DNA from: an uncultured delta proteobacterium
GTDB lineage: Bacteria; Desulfobacterota; Binatia; Binatales; Binataceae
Direction: 5' to 3'
Assembly: GCA_963794325.1 (NCBI GenBank)
Contig: CAWCDG010000009.1
Coordinates: 96,001 to 160,000, forward strand
Length of the DNA: 64,000 bases
Part shown: positions 39,649 through 49,695 of the stretch, one piece after another
Layout: each line of letters starts with the position of its first letter
Numbering within the stretch: the stretch's first letter is position 1
The notes under the pieces: model-generated
Told to the model about the DNA's origin: nothing
Seen by the model: only the letters and a program-made list of their open reading frames with translations
The model's database searches: none
Position numbers and translations under genes: made by a program

Positions 39649-42600
39649 ATGGCAAAATTCGCCCCCGGTTATCCGCTGCCCAGGAGCGCCGACGAGTTCG
39701 AAAGACTCTGTCTAAAGCTCCTGCGGCGTCATTGGCAGCTTCCTCAGCTCGAGCGATTCCGCGATCCGGATCGCGGCGAAAAGGGGATCAACCTGATCGA
39801 GATCAGCGGCCGTCCACGACTCGCCGCCGTCAAGTGCGACCTGCGCGCTTCGCGAAGCGAGTTGACGATCGCCGAGATCAAGGATGCGGTTGACCGCGCC
39901 GCGAGCCTTAAGCTCCCAATCGGACGCTTCGTGATCGCGACCACGGCCGCCAAGCCCGAAGGCTTGCAGCGGTCGCTGTTCGATCTCAACCGCGCCAACC
40001 GCAAGGACGGCATCTCGGCGATCGAAGTCCTGACCTGGGACGATCTCGAGGAACTGCTCGACGAGTATCCTCAAATTCTCACCGACTTCGGAACTGCCGC
40101 AAAACGCCAGGCGCTGACCCGGGCCGACGCGGTCGTACATCTCGAAGCACGATGCGAACCCTCGGCGCAGGGACCGTCCGACGCGCTGGGAGAGGAGATT
40201 TCGGCCGCCGCGGCACTTCTCGAGAGCCATCAATATCAGCTCGCGCGTCTCGCGCTGCTCCGGTTGCGCGAGCAGAAGTGGAGCCAGCTCTCGAACCTGC
40301 ACAAGTTCCGGGTGCTCTCGTATCTCGGCGCCGCGTGGTTGAAGGAAGGCGAGCCGCGCAAATCCGCGATGCTGTTTATCGCGGCGAAATCGCTGCAGCC
40401 CGACGAAGAGAACGCGTGCACCAACGAGGCGCTCGCGCATGAACTGCTCGGCGAGCGGGAACGCGCTTTTGCGCTGGCGGACAAGCTGCGGATGCAGTTT
40501 CCGTCCAGCGGCCGCGCGGTCGCGCTGTGGCTGAACAATGCGCCCAAGTCGTATGACGCGCGCTCGCTCGAGGAGAACGTCGCGCCTGAGCTCTCATCTG
40601 ATCCTGAAGTTGCGGTCGTGATGGCGCGCCGCGCGTTGCTCGACGCGCACTTCGATCGCGCCGAACGTTATGCGCGCCTCGCCAGCGCCGCGCTACCGAA
40701 CAACTCGATCCCGTGGCTGGTTCTCGGACAGGCGATTTTGCTCAATGAGCTCGAAATGGCCGGCGAGGGCACCATCGATACGCCCGCGCAAAGCGACGAG
40801 GGCCGCATCCGCGAATCTGAAACTTGCTTCACGCAGGCGCTGACCCTCGCGCAGGCGGAACACCAGGCATCGAGCGAAGTGCAGGCACTGATCGGACGCG
40901 CGCAGGCCCGAATCGCGCTGCGCGACACTGACGGCGCCGGCAAGGATATCGAGCAGGCGCATAGCCTCGAGCGCGAAGATGCCAACGGGCTCTGCGAGTA
41001 CGGAATCGTGCTGCGATCGCGCGGCAGCCTGACCGAGGCAATCGAAGTGCTGCGGCGCGCCGCTGCGGTCGGCGGCCGCGACGACATCGACTACCATCTC
41101 GCAGTCACGCTCCGCGAGCGCGACGAACCCGGCGATTTGCAGGAGGCCACCGAGCTGCTGATGCGCTCGATCGCGCGGCCGGACGCGATTCCCGCCGGCG
41201 ATTTTCCGTTCGCGGTGGCGGCCGCGGTCGAAGCTCTTGCCACCGCCGAGCGCTATCACGATGCCGACGCGCTGCTCACTTCGATTCCCGAGGGACGCCT
41301 GCATGCGGTGACGATGCGCACGCTTCGCGCCAATCTGCGATTGTCGCAGGGCAAGTTCGATCAAGCGTCGAAGCTGGCCGACGAGGCGCTGTCTGGGCTG
41401 ACGCCGGATATCGGCGCTGACAATCGGCGCAAGCTGGCCGCGCTGCTGCACGATCTGGGGCGCTATCGCGATGCGCTGCCGCTGTGGCAAACGCTCGCGC
41501 CGGCCGGCACTGCCGGCACCGATACACGCCGGCTGCTGGATTGCGCCAGCCGTCTCGGCCGCGAAGATATCGTGGACGACATCACGCGACAGTTGCATCC
41601 CGAAAAACTTGCCGATGCGGGCACCGCCGCCGATCAGCTCGACAAACTTGAACGCAATGATCCCGAAGCCGCGCTGCTCCAACTCGAAGAGATGCTCAGT
41701 GCGCATCCCGACGACCGCGTGCTGAAGCTGCGACGCTCGATCGTCGCGGCTCGGCTGGGCAAGGCGGATTTGGTCGTCGCCGATCCGAATGCGATGCCGC
41801 CGGCGCGGGAAATTCCGCCTGCGCTCGGCCGCGCCGCCGTGCAATTCATGCGCGACGGCGGCCGCGCCAACGAGGCGGTCGCGTATGCATATGAATTGCT
41901 GCGGCGTCAGGGCGGCAGCGTCGATGCGCATCGCGCGTACCTCGCCGCGCTCGGACCGATTGGCCCGATGCCCCACGTGCCCGACTACGATATGGCTGCG
42001 CCCGGATGCGCGCTCAGTTTCGTCGAAGAGGGTTCCAACACCGATAAGTGGGTTATGCTGGAGGAAGCCAACGACGCCGACGAGGCGCTCGACGAGTACG
42101 GCCCGCAACATCCTCTGACCAAGGCGGTCAAGGGCAAGAAGGCCGGTGAGAAGTTCCAGCTCCCCGAGGGCCGCTTTAGCCGCCGCCAGGCCACCGTCAA
42201 GCAGATGATCAGCAAGTACGCCTATCGCTACATGGACGTGCTCATCAATTGGCAGGCGCGTTTCCCCGGCGAAGCCGAAATCGAAATGAGCTACGGGCGC
42301 GCCGAGGCAATTCCATGGAGCGAGATGACTGACAGCTTCGACGCGATGTTCGAGGCGAGCATCGTCAATGGAAACGGGAACGGCAACGGCAACGGCGTCG
42401 TCAACGGCAAAGCCAATGGAATCGCCAACGGTCACGCCAATGGCGTCAACGGAAAGCGCGAGGACGGTCTCAAGCAGGCCGAGCGCACCTACGCCAACAA
42501 CTCGATTCCGATTCATGCGGTGGCAGAGCGCCTTAACCTGAACGATCTGCAGACCGTGTTTATCCTTGCGCAGCGGCCTGAGGCGCCGCTGAAGTGCTGC

Positions 42601-43575
42601 ACCGGATCGCCGGACGAGCTCGAGGCGGCTCTGGGAGCCTTCGAGCGCGCCAACGCCGTGGTGCTCGATCTGACCGCAATCGCGACCCTGTGCATGCTCG
42701 GGCGGCTGAGCCTGCTGCCCACATGGCCGCGTCAGTTCGTCATCTCGCAGTCCACCCTCGCCGAACTTCGGCGTCTGGCGTTCGAGGACACTCTCCTGCG
42801 CCTGCCGCCCGGATTCTCCGCCTCGATCACCGGCAGCGCCAACGACGGCAAGCGCGCCGACGTTCAGTTGAAGGGGCTCGCCGATGCGTTGCAGTCGGTG
42901 TGCCGCGTGCGCGACGGCGCCGCACTCGCTTCGATCGATCCTGAACGCCGCGATCGGTTGGTCAAGTTCTTTGGCCGTCACGGCGCCGAGAGCATCGTGA
43001 TCGCTTCGATGCCGGGACACGTGTTGTGGACCGACGACATGATCCTTGCCGACCTTGCCAAGACCGAATTCGGTGTGCGGCGCGTGTGGACCGAGGCCGC
43101 GCTGCAGGCACGCGCGCAGGCGGGCAATCTCGATCCGGCTGAACTGGCCACGGCCAGCACCAAGCTCGCGGGATGGGGCTACTCGTTCACGACCCCGAGC
43201 ATCGAGACGCTGATGCGCGCGGGCTCGGTCGCAGTGTGGAATCCCGATCAGTTCCCGCTCAAGCAGGCAATCGATCAGCTCGCATCCGAATCGATGAACA
43301 TGTCTGATGCGGTGCGGCTGGCGGCGGAGTTGATCGTAAAGATGTACAACGACCAGTATTTGCGCGGGCAGCGCCGCACGGTGACGTCGCGGCTGCTCGA
43401 CCGGCTTGCGATGCGCCCCGGCGGACGCGATGCGATCGAGGTGTTGCCGCGTTCCTTGCCGATTCGCTTCGGCCTCGATCTGATTCGAGCGCGCGAGCTG
43501 AGTGACGTCGTGCGGGGATGGACCGCTTCCCAGGGTGAGGGACAGCAGGCCGAGCGCCTGATGGCTGGTCGCTGA
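39649..43575 (+). CDS. Large multidomain protein: degenerate PD-(D/E)xK-like N-domain + TPR + GreA/B-C-like + PIN
   Basis: 'P...DEFERLC..L' REase-like start, TPR repeats, 'HPL.KA..GKK.GEKF' GreAB-C-like segment, PIN 'VVLD.T...STL.EL...LWTDD'. Confidence 0.75.
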   Translation: MAKFAPGYPLPRSADEFERLCLKLLRRHWQLPQLERFRDPDRGEKGINLIEISGRPRLAAVKCDLRASRSELTIAEIKDAVDRAASLKLPIGRFVIATTAAKPEGLQRSLFDLNRANRKDGISAIEVLTWDDLEELLDEYPQILTDFGTAAKRQALTRADAVVHLEARCEPSAQGPSDALGEEISAAAALLESHQYQLARLALLRLREQKWSQLSNLHKFRVLSYLGAAWLKEGEPRKSAMLFIAAKSLQPDEENACTNEALAHELLGERERAFALADKLRMQFPSSGRAVALWLNNAPKSYDARSLEENVAPELSSDPEVAVVMARRALLDAHFDRAERYARLASAALPNNSIPWLVLGQAILLNELEMAGEGTIDTPAQSDEGRIRESETCFTQALTLAQAEHQASSEVQALIGRAQARIALRDTDGAGKDIEQAHSLEREDANGLCEYGIVLRSRGSLTEAIEVLRRAAAVGGRDDIDYHLAVTLRERDEPGDLQEATELLMRSIARPDAIPAGDFPFAVAAAVEALATAERYHDADALLTSIPEGRLHAVTMRTLRANLRLSQGKFDQASKLADEALSGLTPDIGADNRRKLAALLHDLGRYRDALPLWQTLAPAGTAGTDTRRLLDCASRLGREDIVDDITRQLHPEKLADAGTAADQLDKLERNDPEAALLQLEEMLSAHPDDRVLKLRRSIVAARLGKADLVVADPNAMPPAREIPPALGRAAVQFMRDGGRANEAVAYAYELLRRQGGSVDAHRAYLAALGPIGPMPHVPDYDMAAPGCALSFVEEGSNTDKWVMLEEANDADEALDEYGPQHPLTKAVKGKKAGEKFQLPEGRFSRRQATVKQMISKYAYRYMDVLINWQARFPGEAEIEMSYGRAEAIPWSEMTDSFDAMFEASIVNGNGNGNGNGVVNGKANGIANGHANGVNGKREDGLKQAERTYANNSIPIHAVAERLNLNDLQTVFILAQRPEAPLKCCTGSPDELEAALGAFERANAVVLDLTAIATLCMLGRLSLLPTWPRQFVISQSTLAELRRLAFEDTLLRLPPGFSASITGSANDGKRADVQLKGLADALQSVCRVRDGAALASIDPERRDRLVKFFGRHGAESIVIASMPGHVLWTDDMILADLAKTEFGVRRVWTEAALQARAQAGNLDPAELATASTKLAGWGYSFTTPSIETLMRAGSVAVWNPDQFPLKQAIDQLASESMNMSDAVRLAAELIVKMYNDQYLRGQRRTVTSRLLDRLAMRPGGRDAIEVLPRSLPIRFGLDLIRARELSDVVRGWTASQGEGQQAERLMAGR

Positions 43576-43698
43576 TCTGGGGCGCAGATGGATCCGGTGG
43601 TGGGTCGCATGCCCACTACCGTCGATCCTGGCGCGTCGTGTTAGCCTTCGCGATCGAGTAGAATCCCGTCGGGGACACGCCCACAGGAGGAACGCACG

Positions 43699-44040
43699 AT
43701 GGCGGCAATCGCCGAAGGGGACCGGATCGTCCTAATCGATCGCAGGCTCTTCAAGGACGACAACACTCGAATTTTCGTGGGCATCGTCGAGACGACCGAC
43801 GGCTCGCTGGTTCGCGCCCGCGGCTTTGTCTTTCACGTCAGCTCCTACGAGGTTGCCGGCCAGGAACGCCGCGGCGAAGAGCGCGTGCGCGTATTCTCGA
43901 TGGGCAGCGGGGACATCGTGTACCTGTTGCCGCATGGACAGGACATCTCGCGGCTGATGCTCAAGCGTTCGCCCAAGTCGATGACGCTGAGCGACGGGCA
44001 ATACGCGATGGACCTGAGCGACTTCCTGCTTCGGGCGTAA
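43699..44040 (+). CDS. Hypothetical protein
   Basis: AGGAGG RBS, 113 aa ORF with host-like codon use. Confidence 0.7.
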   Translation: MAAIAEGDRIVLIDRRLFKDDNTRIFVGIVETTDGSLVRARGFVFHVSSYEVAGQERRGEERVRVFSMGSGDIVYLLPHGQDISRLMLKRSPKSMTLSDGQYAMDLSDFLLRA

Positions 44041-44376
44041 CGCAGCGTCCTATCGATACTTGACCTTCTCGCGAAGCGATAGCCTTCGCCGGGAATGGCT
44101 TGCGGATCCAGGCCTCCAATGCTTGAGCCCTCTATGGTTCTCTCTCGAACCGCTACTTTTAGTGCTTCAAATGACTAATTGCAGGACTTTCGCGATAGCT
44201 ATTAGATCTCGTCAAATGTAATTCTTAATGGCCGGGATCGACATACGAATCGAGCCCGAATTGATCCAGCCCCAACGGCGGTTCTTCCACTCGCCTTAGA
44301 CCGCGTTCCGCTAGACCAACCATAAGTCCGATCTATAAGGCTTGAGTAAGCGGAGTCGATCCCGCGAGGGTGTCTT

Positions 44377-44778
44377 GTGCAAGTATCGCTCGAGCCGAAA
44401 AAGAAGTTGTCTTCCACGATAGCACGGATCACGGTGGCCGTCGCGTTTGCCTTGGTGATTGGCAGCTTCGGAACAGGAACTGCTCACGCCGGCCACGGTC
44501 ACGACGGCGATCATCGCGGTGGCGGTAGCTATCACAGAGGTGGCGGCTACCACGGAGGCGGCGTCTATCACAGAGGCGGCGGCTACCACGGAGGCGGCTA
44601 CTACGGACGCGGCCGCTACTGGGGAGGCGGTGGCGGATACTGGGGCTGTGGCGGATACTGGGGATGTCGCGCAGGCTATCCCAACTACTACGACGCACCT
44701 TCACCTTATTATTATGGCGCGGGGCCTGAGTATTCCTATCCGCCGCCCCGGGGCGCCCGCCTTTTCTTTGGACTCTAA
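44377..44778 (+). CDS. Secreted Gly/His/Tyr-rich low-complexity protein
   Basis: Signal peptide then (GGGYH)n repeats. Confidence 0.65.
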   Translation: MQVSLEPKKKLSSTIARITVAVAFALVIGSFGTGTAHAGHGHDGDHRGGGSYHRGGGYHGGGVYHRGGGYHGGGYYGRGRYWGGGGGYWGCGGYWGCRAGYPNYYDAPSPYYYGAGPEYSYPPPRGARLFFGL

Positions 44779-44871
44779 TAGCGCACAAAACAAGCGAGCG
44801 TCCAAAATTGCGTACGCGCGGCACTCTCGCGGGCATCAAAGTAACTATCTGGAGATCGCAGGTAGGCGGAA

Positions 44872-44952
44872 ATGAAATATGGAATCGCATGGCTATTGGG
44901 AGTTCCCGTATCAGTCTTGGTGATCTGGTTCGTGCTCAGTCATGTACTTTGA
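44872..44952 (+). CDS. 26-aa single-TM small protein (MKYGIAWLLGVPVSVLVIWFVLSHVL)
   Basis: ATG with upstream AGG; 'WLLGVP' pattern; below ORF-track cutoff. Confidence 0.6.
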   Translation: MKYGIAWLLGVPVSVLVIWFVLSHVL

Positions 44953-45011
44953 AATATAGATAGCGGGCGACATTCATCGTCGAAAACGAAATTGTATTGA
45001 GTTTGAACAAA

Positions 45012-45218
45012 ATGGCAAAGCTGACCACTAAGGCTCGAAAGAAAATCCCTGCCAAAGAGTTTGGAGAACCGGCGAACCGCGCGTACCCAGTGCCGGATAA
45101 GGCTCATGCCGCCAATGCTAAGGCTCGCGCCACTCAGATGGTAAAGAAAGGCAAACTATCGGAAGCGGAAAAAAAGAAGATCGACGCCAAAGCAAACAAA
45201 CTTCTAGGAACTACGTGA
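45012..45218 (+). CDS. Small basic protein (DUF6582-like)
   Basis: 'LT..ARK..P...F..P..R.YP.PDK.HA.NA.AR'. Confidence 0.75.
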   Translation: MAKLTTKARKKIPAKEFGEPANRAYPVPDKAHAANAKARATQMVKKGKLSEAEKKKIDAKANKLLGTT

Positions 45219-45298
45219 CCGCCGGCAGAGCTGTTCAAGAAATAATTTCGTCCGTCCGCTTCTGTTGAGTTCTCGCCAACTCAGGTAGGTTTGCCGGA

Positions 45299-46633
45299 AT
45301 GGCAAAAAAAGCTTCCACCGGCGGAGCACGTTCGACCGCGTCGGCGAAGTGGGCGTCGCCCTATCTCTCGAGACTGCTATCCAAACTTTATCGCGGCTTC
45401 CAGAAACTGGGGCCGGGCATCGTAACCGGCGCTGCCGATGACGATCCCAGCGGCATCGCGACCTATTCGCAAGTCGGCGCCCAGTTCGGATTCGCGATGC
45501 TATGGACGATGCTTGTCAGCTACCCGCTGATGGCTGGGATCCAGGAAATCAGCGCATGGATCGGGCGGGTTACCGGCGCAGGTCTGGCAGGCAACATCCG
45601 CCGCCACTACTCACCCGTAGTTCTCTATCCCCTGGTCGGCCTCTTGTTGATCGCCAACATGATCAACTTAGGCGCCGATATAGGAGCCATGGGAAGCGCG
45701 CTGCAATTGGTGGCAGGCGGACCCGCGCTTTTGTATAGCATCCTTTTTGGAGTGATTTCGGTGATAGCTGCTATCGCCTTCCCCTACAAGCGATATGCTG
45801 AATACTTGAAGTGGTCGACACTGGTACTGTTCGTATACGCTGCCACGGCCCTTGTAGTTCGATTTCCCCTGATGCCCGTACTGATGGGGACGTTTATTCC
45901 ATCGCTGTCGTTTTCGAGTGGCTACCTGACTGCGCTAACTGCCGTCTTTGGAACTACGATAAGTCCCTATCTCTTCTTCTGGCAGGCCTCAGTAGAAGTG
46001 GCGGAACAAAAGGCCGCGCCACGCGAAAAGCCGCTCAAGCACGCGCCCAAACAGGCACCCGCGCAACTCGAGCGGATGCGAAGCGGTACATACCTGGGGA
46101 TGGCATTTTCCAACATTATCGCCTTCTTTATCATCCTCGACACCGGAGCCGTCCTGCACGCTCACGGTATCACCAACATTCAGACCGGAGCACAAGCGGC
46201 AGAAGCGCTCCGGCCGCTCGCGGGTGAGTTGGCCTTTCTGCTCTTCAGCATAGGTATCATCGGAACGGGTTTGATAGCTATTCCGGTTTTAGCCGGATCT
46301 TCAGCCTACGCGCTAGCCGAAGCTCTTAAATGGCCGATAGGACTCGAGCGCAGGTTGAACCGGGCAAAGGGATTTTATGGAATTCTCGCCGTGGCCACGA
46401 TTATAGGAGTCGCGCTGAATTTTACAGGACTGAATCCTATAAAGGCACTCTTCTGGAGCGCAGTGATCAATGGAGTAGCAGCAGTTCCTATCATGATCGT
46501 GATGATGCTGATGACCACCAACAAAAAGATCACGGGGGGCCTGAAGCTACCCACTCTTCAGAGCGTCATAGGATGGGTAGCTACCGGCGTGATGTTCGCC
46601 GTCGCAGCCTGTATGCTCGCGACACTTATCTAG
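45299..46633 (+). CDS. Nramp-family divalent metal transporter
   Basis: 'LGPG.VTGAADDDPSGIATYSQ', 'GTTISPYLFFWQ'. Confidence 0.9.
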   Translation: MAKKASTGGARSTASAKWASPYLSRLLSKLYRGFQKLGPGIVTGAADDDPSGIATYSQVGAQFGFAMLWTMLVSYPLMAGIQEISAWIGRVTGAGLAGNIRRHYSPVVLYPLVGLLLIANMINLGADIGAMGSALQLVAGGPALLYSILFGVISVIAAIAFPYKRYAEYLKWSTLVLFVYAATALVVRFPLMPVLMGTFIPSLSFSSGYLTALTAVFGTTISPYLFFWQASVEVAEQKAAPREKPLKHAPKQAPAQLERMRSGTYLGMAFSNIIAFFIILDTGAVLHAHGITNIQTGAQAAEALRPLAGELAFLLFSIGIIGTGLIAIPVLAGSSAYALAEALKWPIGLERRLNRAKGFYGILAVATIIGVALNFTGLNPIKALFWSAVINGVAAVPIMIVMMLMTTNKKITGGLKLPTLQSVIGWVATGVMFAVAACMLATLI

Positions 46634-46639
46634 GACGGG

Positions 46640-47545
46640 CTACAGCTTCTCGACGAATTCGATAATGGCGGCCGCGGTGTCGCCCGGATTGTCCAGCGGT
46701 ACGTGATGGAACGCGCGGGGAATTTCCTTTATCACCGACCCTCGAATCTTGCGATGCATCCGGGCGACGTGCGACGCGCTCACCAGAGCGCTCTGATCGC
46801 CGCGGAGCAGCAGTGTCGGCATTTTGATCTGCCCGATCTTCGGCCGCGTCATCTTGTGCCCGTGCTTGCGCCACGCCCGCGTTTCCGGATCGAAGCGAAA
46901 CGCCCACGATCCAGTGGGTAGTTGCTCGGCGCCCAGCAGCGCCAGCCGCTCGACTTCCAGCCGCGTCATGGTTGTATCCGGCGGCTGCAGGCGAAACTTC
47001 TTTATGATGTCGGCGGCCGAGCGAAGCTCCGGGCGAACCCCTCCATGCGAGCGCCGGCGCCATCGCCACATCAGGCGGCGAAACAGCGGCGGCGGTCCAT
47101 GCGGCGCATCGACGATTATCAACGCCTCGAGCAAATCCGGATGCGTGACCGCGACCCACTGCGCGACCGCGCCGCCCATCGAATGTCCGACGAGGATCAC
47201 CCGCGTGCCGAGGCTCTCGATCAGGCCGCGAACGTCATTCAGATACGCGCCTGGTCCGTAAGCTCCCGATTTCTCCCATTGGCTGCGGCCGTGCCCGCGA
47301 AAATCGAGCGCGAGCACGCGCCCGTAAGGCGTCAACAGTGGACCGACGCCGTCCCACCAGTGAACGTGCGCCGCACCGCCGTGCAGCAGTACGAAAGTGT
47401 GTTTGTCGGAATCGCCGCCCCAGTCCAGATAGTGAAGCTTGAGTCCCTCAACCTCGACGTACCGATGGGTCGGCTCCGCGATCGCGGTAGCCGCTTGCTG
47501 TTGTGCCATAACCTGCGATTCTATTCGACGCGCGATGGTGAGCAT
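46640..47545 (-). CDS. Alpha/beta fold hydrolase
   Basis: 'LLHGG', 'DFRGHG.S', 'GHSMGG', 'HH..LDNP'. Confidence 0.9.
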   Translation of the reverse strand: MLTIARRIESQVMAQQQAATAIAEPTHRYVEVEGLKLHYLDWGGDSDKHTFVLLHGGAAHVHWWDGVGPLLTPYGRVLALDFRGHGRSQWEKSGAYGPGAYLNDVRGLIESLGTRVILVGHSMGGAVAQWVAVTHPDLLEALIIVDAPHGPPPLFRRLMWRWRRRSHGGVRPELRSAADIIKKFRLQPPDTTMTRLEVERLALLGAEQLPTGSWAFRFDPETRAWRKHGHKMTRPKIGQIKMPTLLLRGDQSALVSASHVARMHRKIRGSVIKEIPRAFHHVPLDNPGDTAAAIIEFVEKL

Positions 47546-47614
47546 AGATTTTCATGCGCGGCTCGTCGTGCTAACAACCGCAGCAGCACAGAGAGCTCCA
47601 GGGAGCACTTTTCG

Positions 47615-48400
47615 ATGGCATTGAGACTCGAAAACAAAAATGCATTGATCACCGGCGGCGCCAGCGGAATCGGACGCGCGACCGCGATTCGTTTTGCCGA
47701 GGAGGGCGCCAACATCTTCGTCGCCGACCGCCATGTGGCGGCCGCCGAAGAGACCGCTGCCGCAGTCAAAAAACTCGGCCGCAAGGCGATCGCATATCAG
47801 GTCGATACCAGCGACGAGGCGCAAGTGAATGGGATGGTCGCGCAGATGGTAAAGGAGCTCGGCGGCGTCAACATCGTCGTCGCCGCGGCGGGAATCTCGC
47901 ATGCGCACTATGGCGAGGAAGGCCAGCCCGACATCACGTTTCTCAGCAACAAATCGTTCGCCAACTGGCGCAAGGTCTTAAGCGTCAACCTCGACGGCGT
48001 TTTTCTGACCGACCGGGCCTGCGCACAAGCGATGATCGAAGCGGGCCACGGCGGACGCATCATCAATATCGCGTCAGCCGCGGCGCGACTTCCAACTCCC
48101 GGCGTCGGCGAGTACTCCGTCAGCAAGGCTGGCGTCTGGATGCTGACCCGGGTGCTCGCGACTGAATTGGCGCCGTTCAATATCACCGCCAACGCGATCG
48201 GCCCCGGCTTCATCAAGACCCCGATGACCGCACAGATCCAGGACATGGCCAATATGACGCCGCTTATGGAGCGCGTGCCGATGAAGAAGATGGGCGAGCC
48301 CATCGACGTCGCCAACACCGCGCTGTTCCTCGCCAGCGAAGAAGGGCGCTACTACACCGGCTCGATCCTGCACCCCGACGGCGGCATCGTCATGCAGTGA
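47615..48400 (+). CDS. SDR family oxidoreductase
   Basis: 'TGGASGIG', 'YSVSK', 'NAIGPG'. Confidence 0.92.
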   Translation: MALRLENKNALITGGASGIGRATAIRFAEEGANIFVADRHVAAAEETAAAVKKLGRKAIAYQVDTSDEAQVNGMVAQMVKELGGVNIVVAAAGISHAHYGEEGQPDITFLSNKSFANWRKVLSVNLDGVFLTDRACAQAMIEAGHGGRIINIASAAARLPTPGVGEYSVSKAGVWMLTRVLATELAPFNITANAIGPGFIKTPMTAQIQDMANMTPLMERVPMKKMGEPIDVANTALFLASEEGRYYTGSILHPDGGIVMQ

Positions 48401-48457
48401 TCAGCGAGGATCTCGCGCGATTGTTCCCCCTCGCACAAGTGATCAGTGAAGACCCTG

Positions 48458-48503
48458 CGCGATTGTTCCCCTTCCCTCGAGGGAAGGGGTTAGGGGTTAG
48501 GTT
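48458..48503 (+). repeat. REP-like hairpin + TTAGGGGTTAGG tail
   Basis: CGCGATTGTTCCCCTTCCCTCGAGGGAAGGGGTTAGGGGTTAGGTT; identical in reverse at 52242-52287. Confidence 0.85.
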
Positions 48504-48534
48504 CCCACGGATCGTTCGCGACGCCCGCAGCGTC

Positions 48535-48930
48535 ATGGCCGTCGCCCTTTCATTTCTATTGCTCGCCGCCGCAACCACTTCCGCGTTCGCGCAGGAGCCA
48601 ACTCCCACGCGGACCCCGATGGTCCTGCCGGTGATTCCGCAGATTCGGCTTCAAACGGTGCCGGCCTACGGGTCCGCGCCCCTGACGGTCGGCTTCTTCG
48701 TCTCGAGCATCAATCCCGACGCTGCGCCGATAGCCAGCTACGTCTGGAATTTCGGCGACGGCCATGTCTCGATGCTCCCGCCGACCGCGCTGTTTCACAC
48801 CTACGCAATTCCCGGCAGCTACATCGTCAACGTAACCGTGACCGACGCCAACGGCCATCAGGCGTCATCGTTCGCCGGCGTTATCGTGACGCAGCCCTCG
48901 GTAGCAGGTGCGCCGGGTGCTATTCCTTGA
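48535..48930 (+). CDS. Secreted PKD-domain protein
   Basis: 'G.APLTV.F', 'YVWNFGDG', 'HTY..PG.Y.V.VTVTD'; start uncertain. Confidence 0.8.
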   Translation: MAVALSFLLLAAATTSAFAQEPTPTRTPMVLPVIPQIRLQTVPAYGSAPLTVGFFVSSINPDAAPIASYVWNFGDGHVSMLPPTALFHTYAIPGSYIVNVTVTDANGHQASSFAGVIVTQPSVAGAPGAIP

Positions 48931-49609
48931 GCATCTCGATTGTGCCCGTATCGAGATCGTAAATACCGCCGACGATTTTAAGCTCGCCCGATTTGACCAT
49001 CGCCGAAAGCTCTTCCGAGGTCGCCAGATTTTTCATCACCAGCTCGACGTTCTCGCGCACCGCGTTCTCGACCGGATCGCCCGCCTGGCCCTTGGACGCT
49101 GCCACCGCCGGCCGCAGTTCGCTGAGCATCGGCCCGACGTCCTGATCGGCGGTACCCTCGTGACCGTCAACCGCCGCGATCACCGCGCCGCATCGGCGAT
49201 GCCCCAGCACCATCACCAGCCGCACGCCGAGATGCTTGACTGAGTAGTCGAGACTTTCGATCACCACTTTGTCGGCGACATTGCCGGCCACGCGCACGGT
49301 GAAGATATCGCCGAGTCCGCGATCGAAAATAATTTCGGGCGGCGTCCGCGAGTCCGAGCATGCGAGCACCGACGCAAACGGATGCTGCCCCTTGGCCACC
49401 TCAGCGCGCCGCTCCGGCGTCTGATTGGGACGCTCGAGCTTGCCGGCAACGAACCGCTGATTGCCGTCGAGCAGGAGCTTGAGAGACGCCTCAGCGCTCA
49501 TTGTTGGCGCACTCACCGCGGCAATCACTGCGCGGGTCGTGACGATCGACAGCGCTCCGATCGCCAACAGCATCGAAATCCTCGACCGAAACCTTTTTTT
49601 TGGAATCAC
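48920..49609 (-). CDS. Beta-class carbonic anhydrase (exported)
   Basis: 'GQHP.A.VL.CSDSR', 'VRVAGN', 'GH..CGAV'. Confidence 0.93.
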   Translation of the reverse strand: MIPKKRFRSRISMLLAIGALSIVTTRAVIAAVSAPTMSAEASLKLLLDGNQRFVAGKLERPNQTPERRAEVAKGQHPFASVLACSDSRTPPEIIFDRGLGDIFTVRVAGNVADKVVIESLDYSVKHLGVRLVMVLGHRRCGAVIAAVDGHEGTADQDVGPMLSELRPAVAASKGQAGDPVENAVRENVELVMKNLATSEELSAMVKSGELKIVGGIYDLDTGTIEMLKE

Positions 49610-49695
49610 AGTCTCTCTCCATGGCCGCTATGCAGTTACCTGCCCCTCGCACTTCGGAATTGACACCGCGCCGCTATTCGGCAGTATTGGTGGCG

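Noticed and set aside
40693-43020. 775-aa minus-strand ORF
   Set aside because: Antisense shadow of the 1308-aa protein
44040-44370. Possible ncRNA (6S-like) in the intergenic gap
   Set aside because: No convincing long stem or known motif by eye; needs Infernal
46922-47614. Long N-terminal extension of the SDR (492-aa ORF)
   Set aside because: Overlaps the divergent hydrolase; the SDR fold starts at ATG 47615
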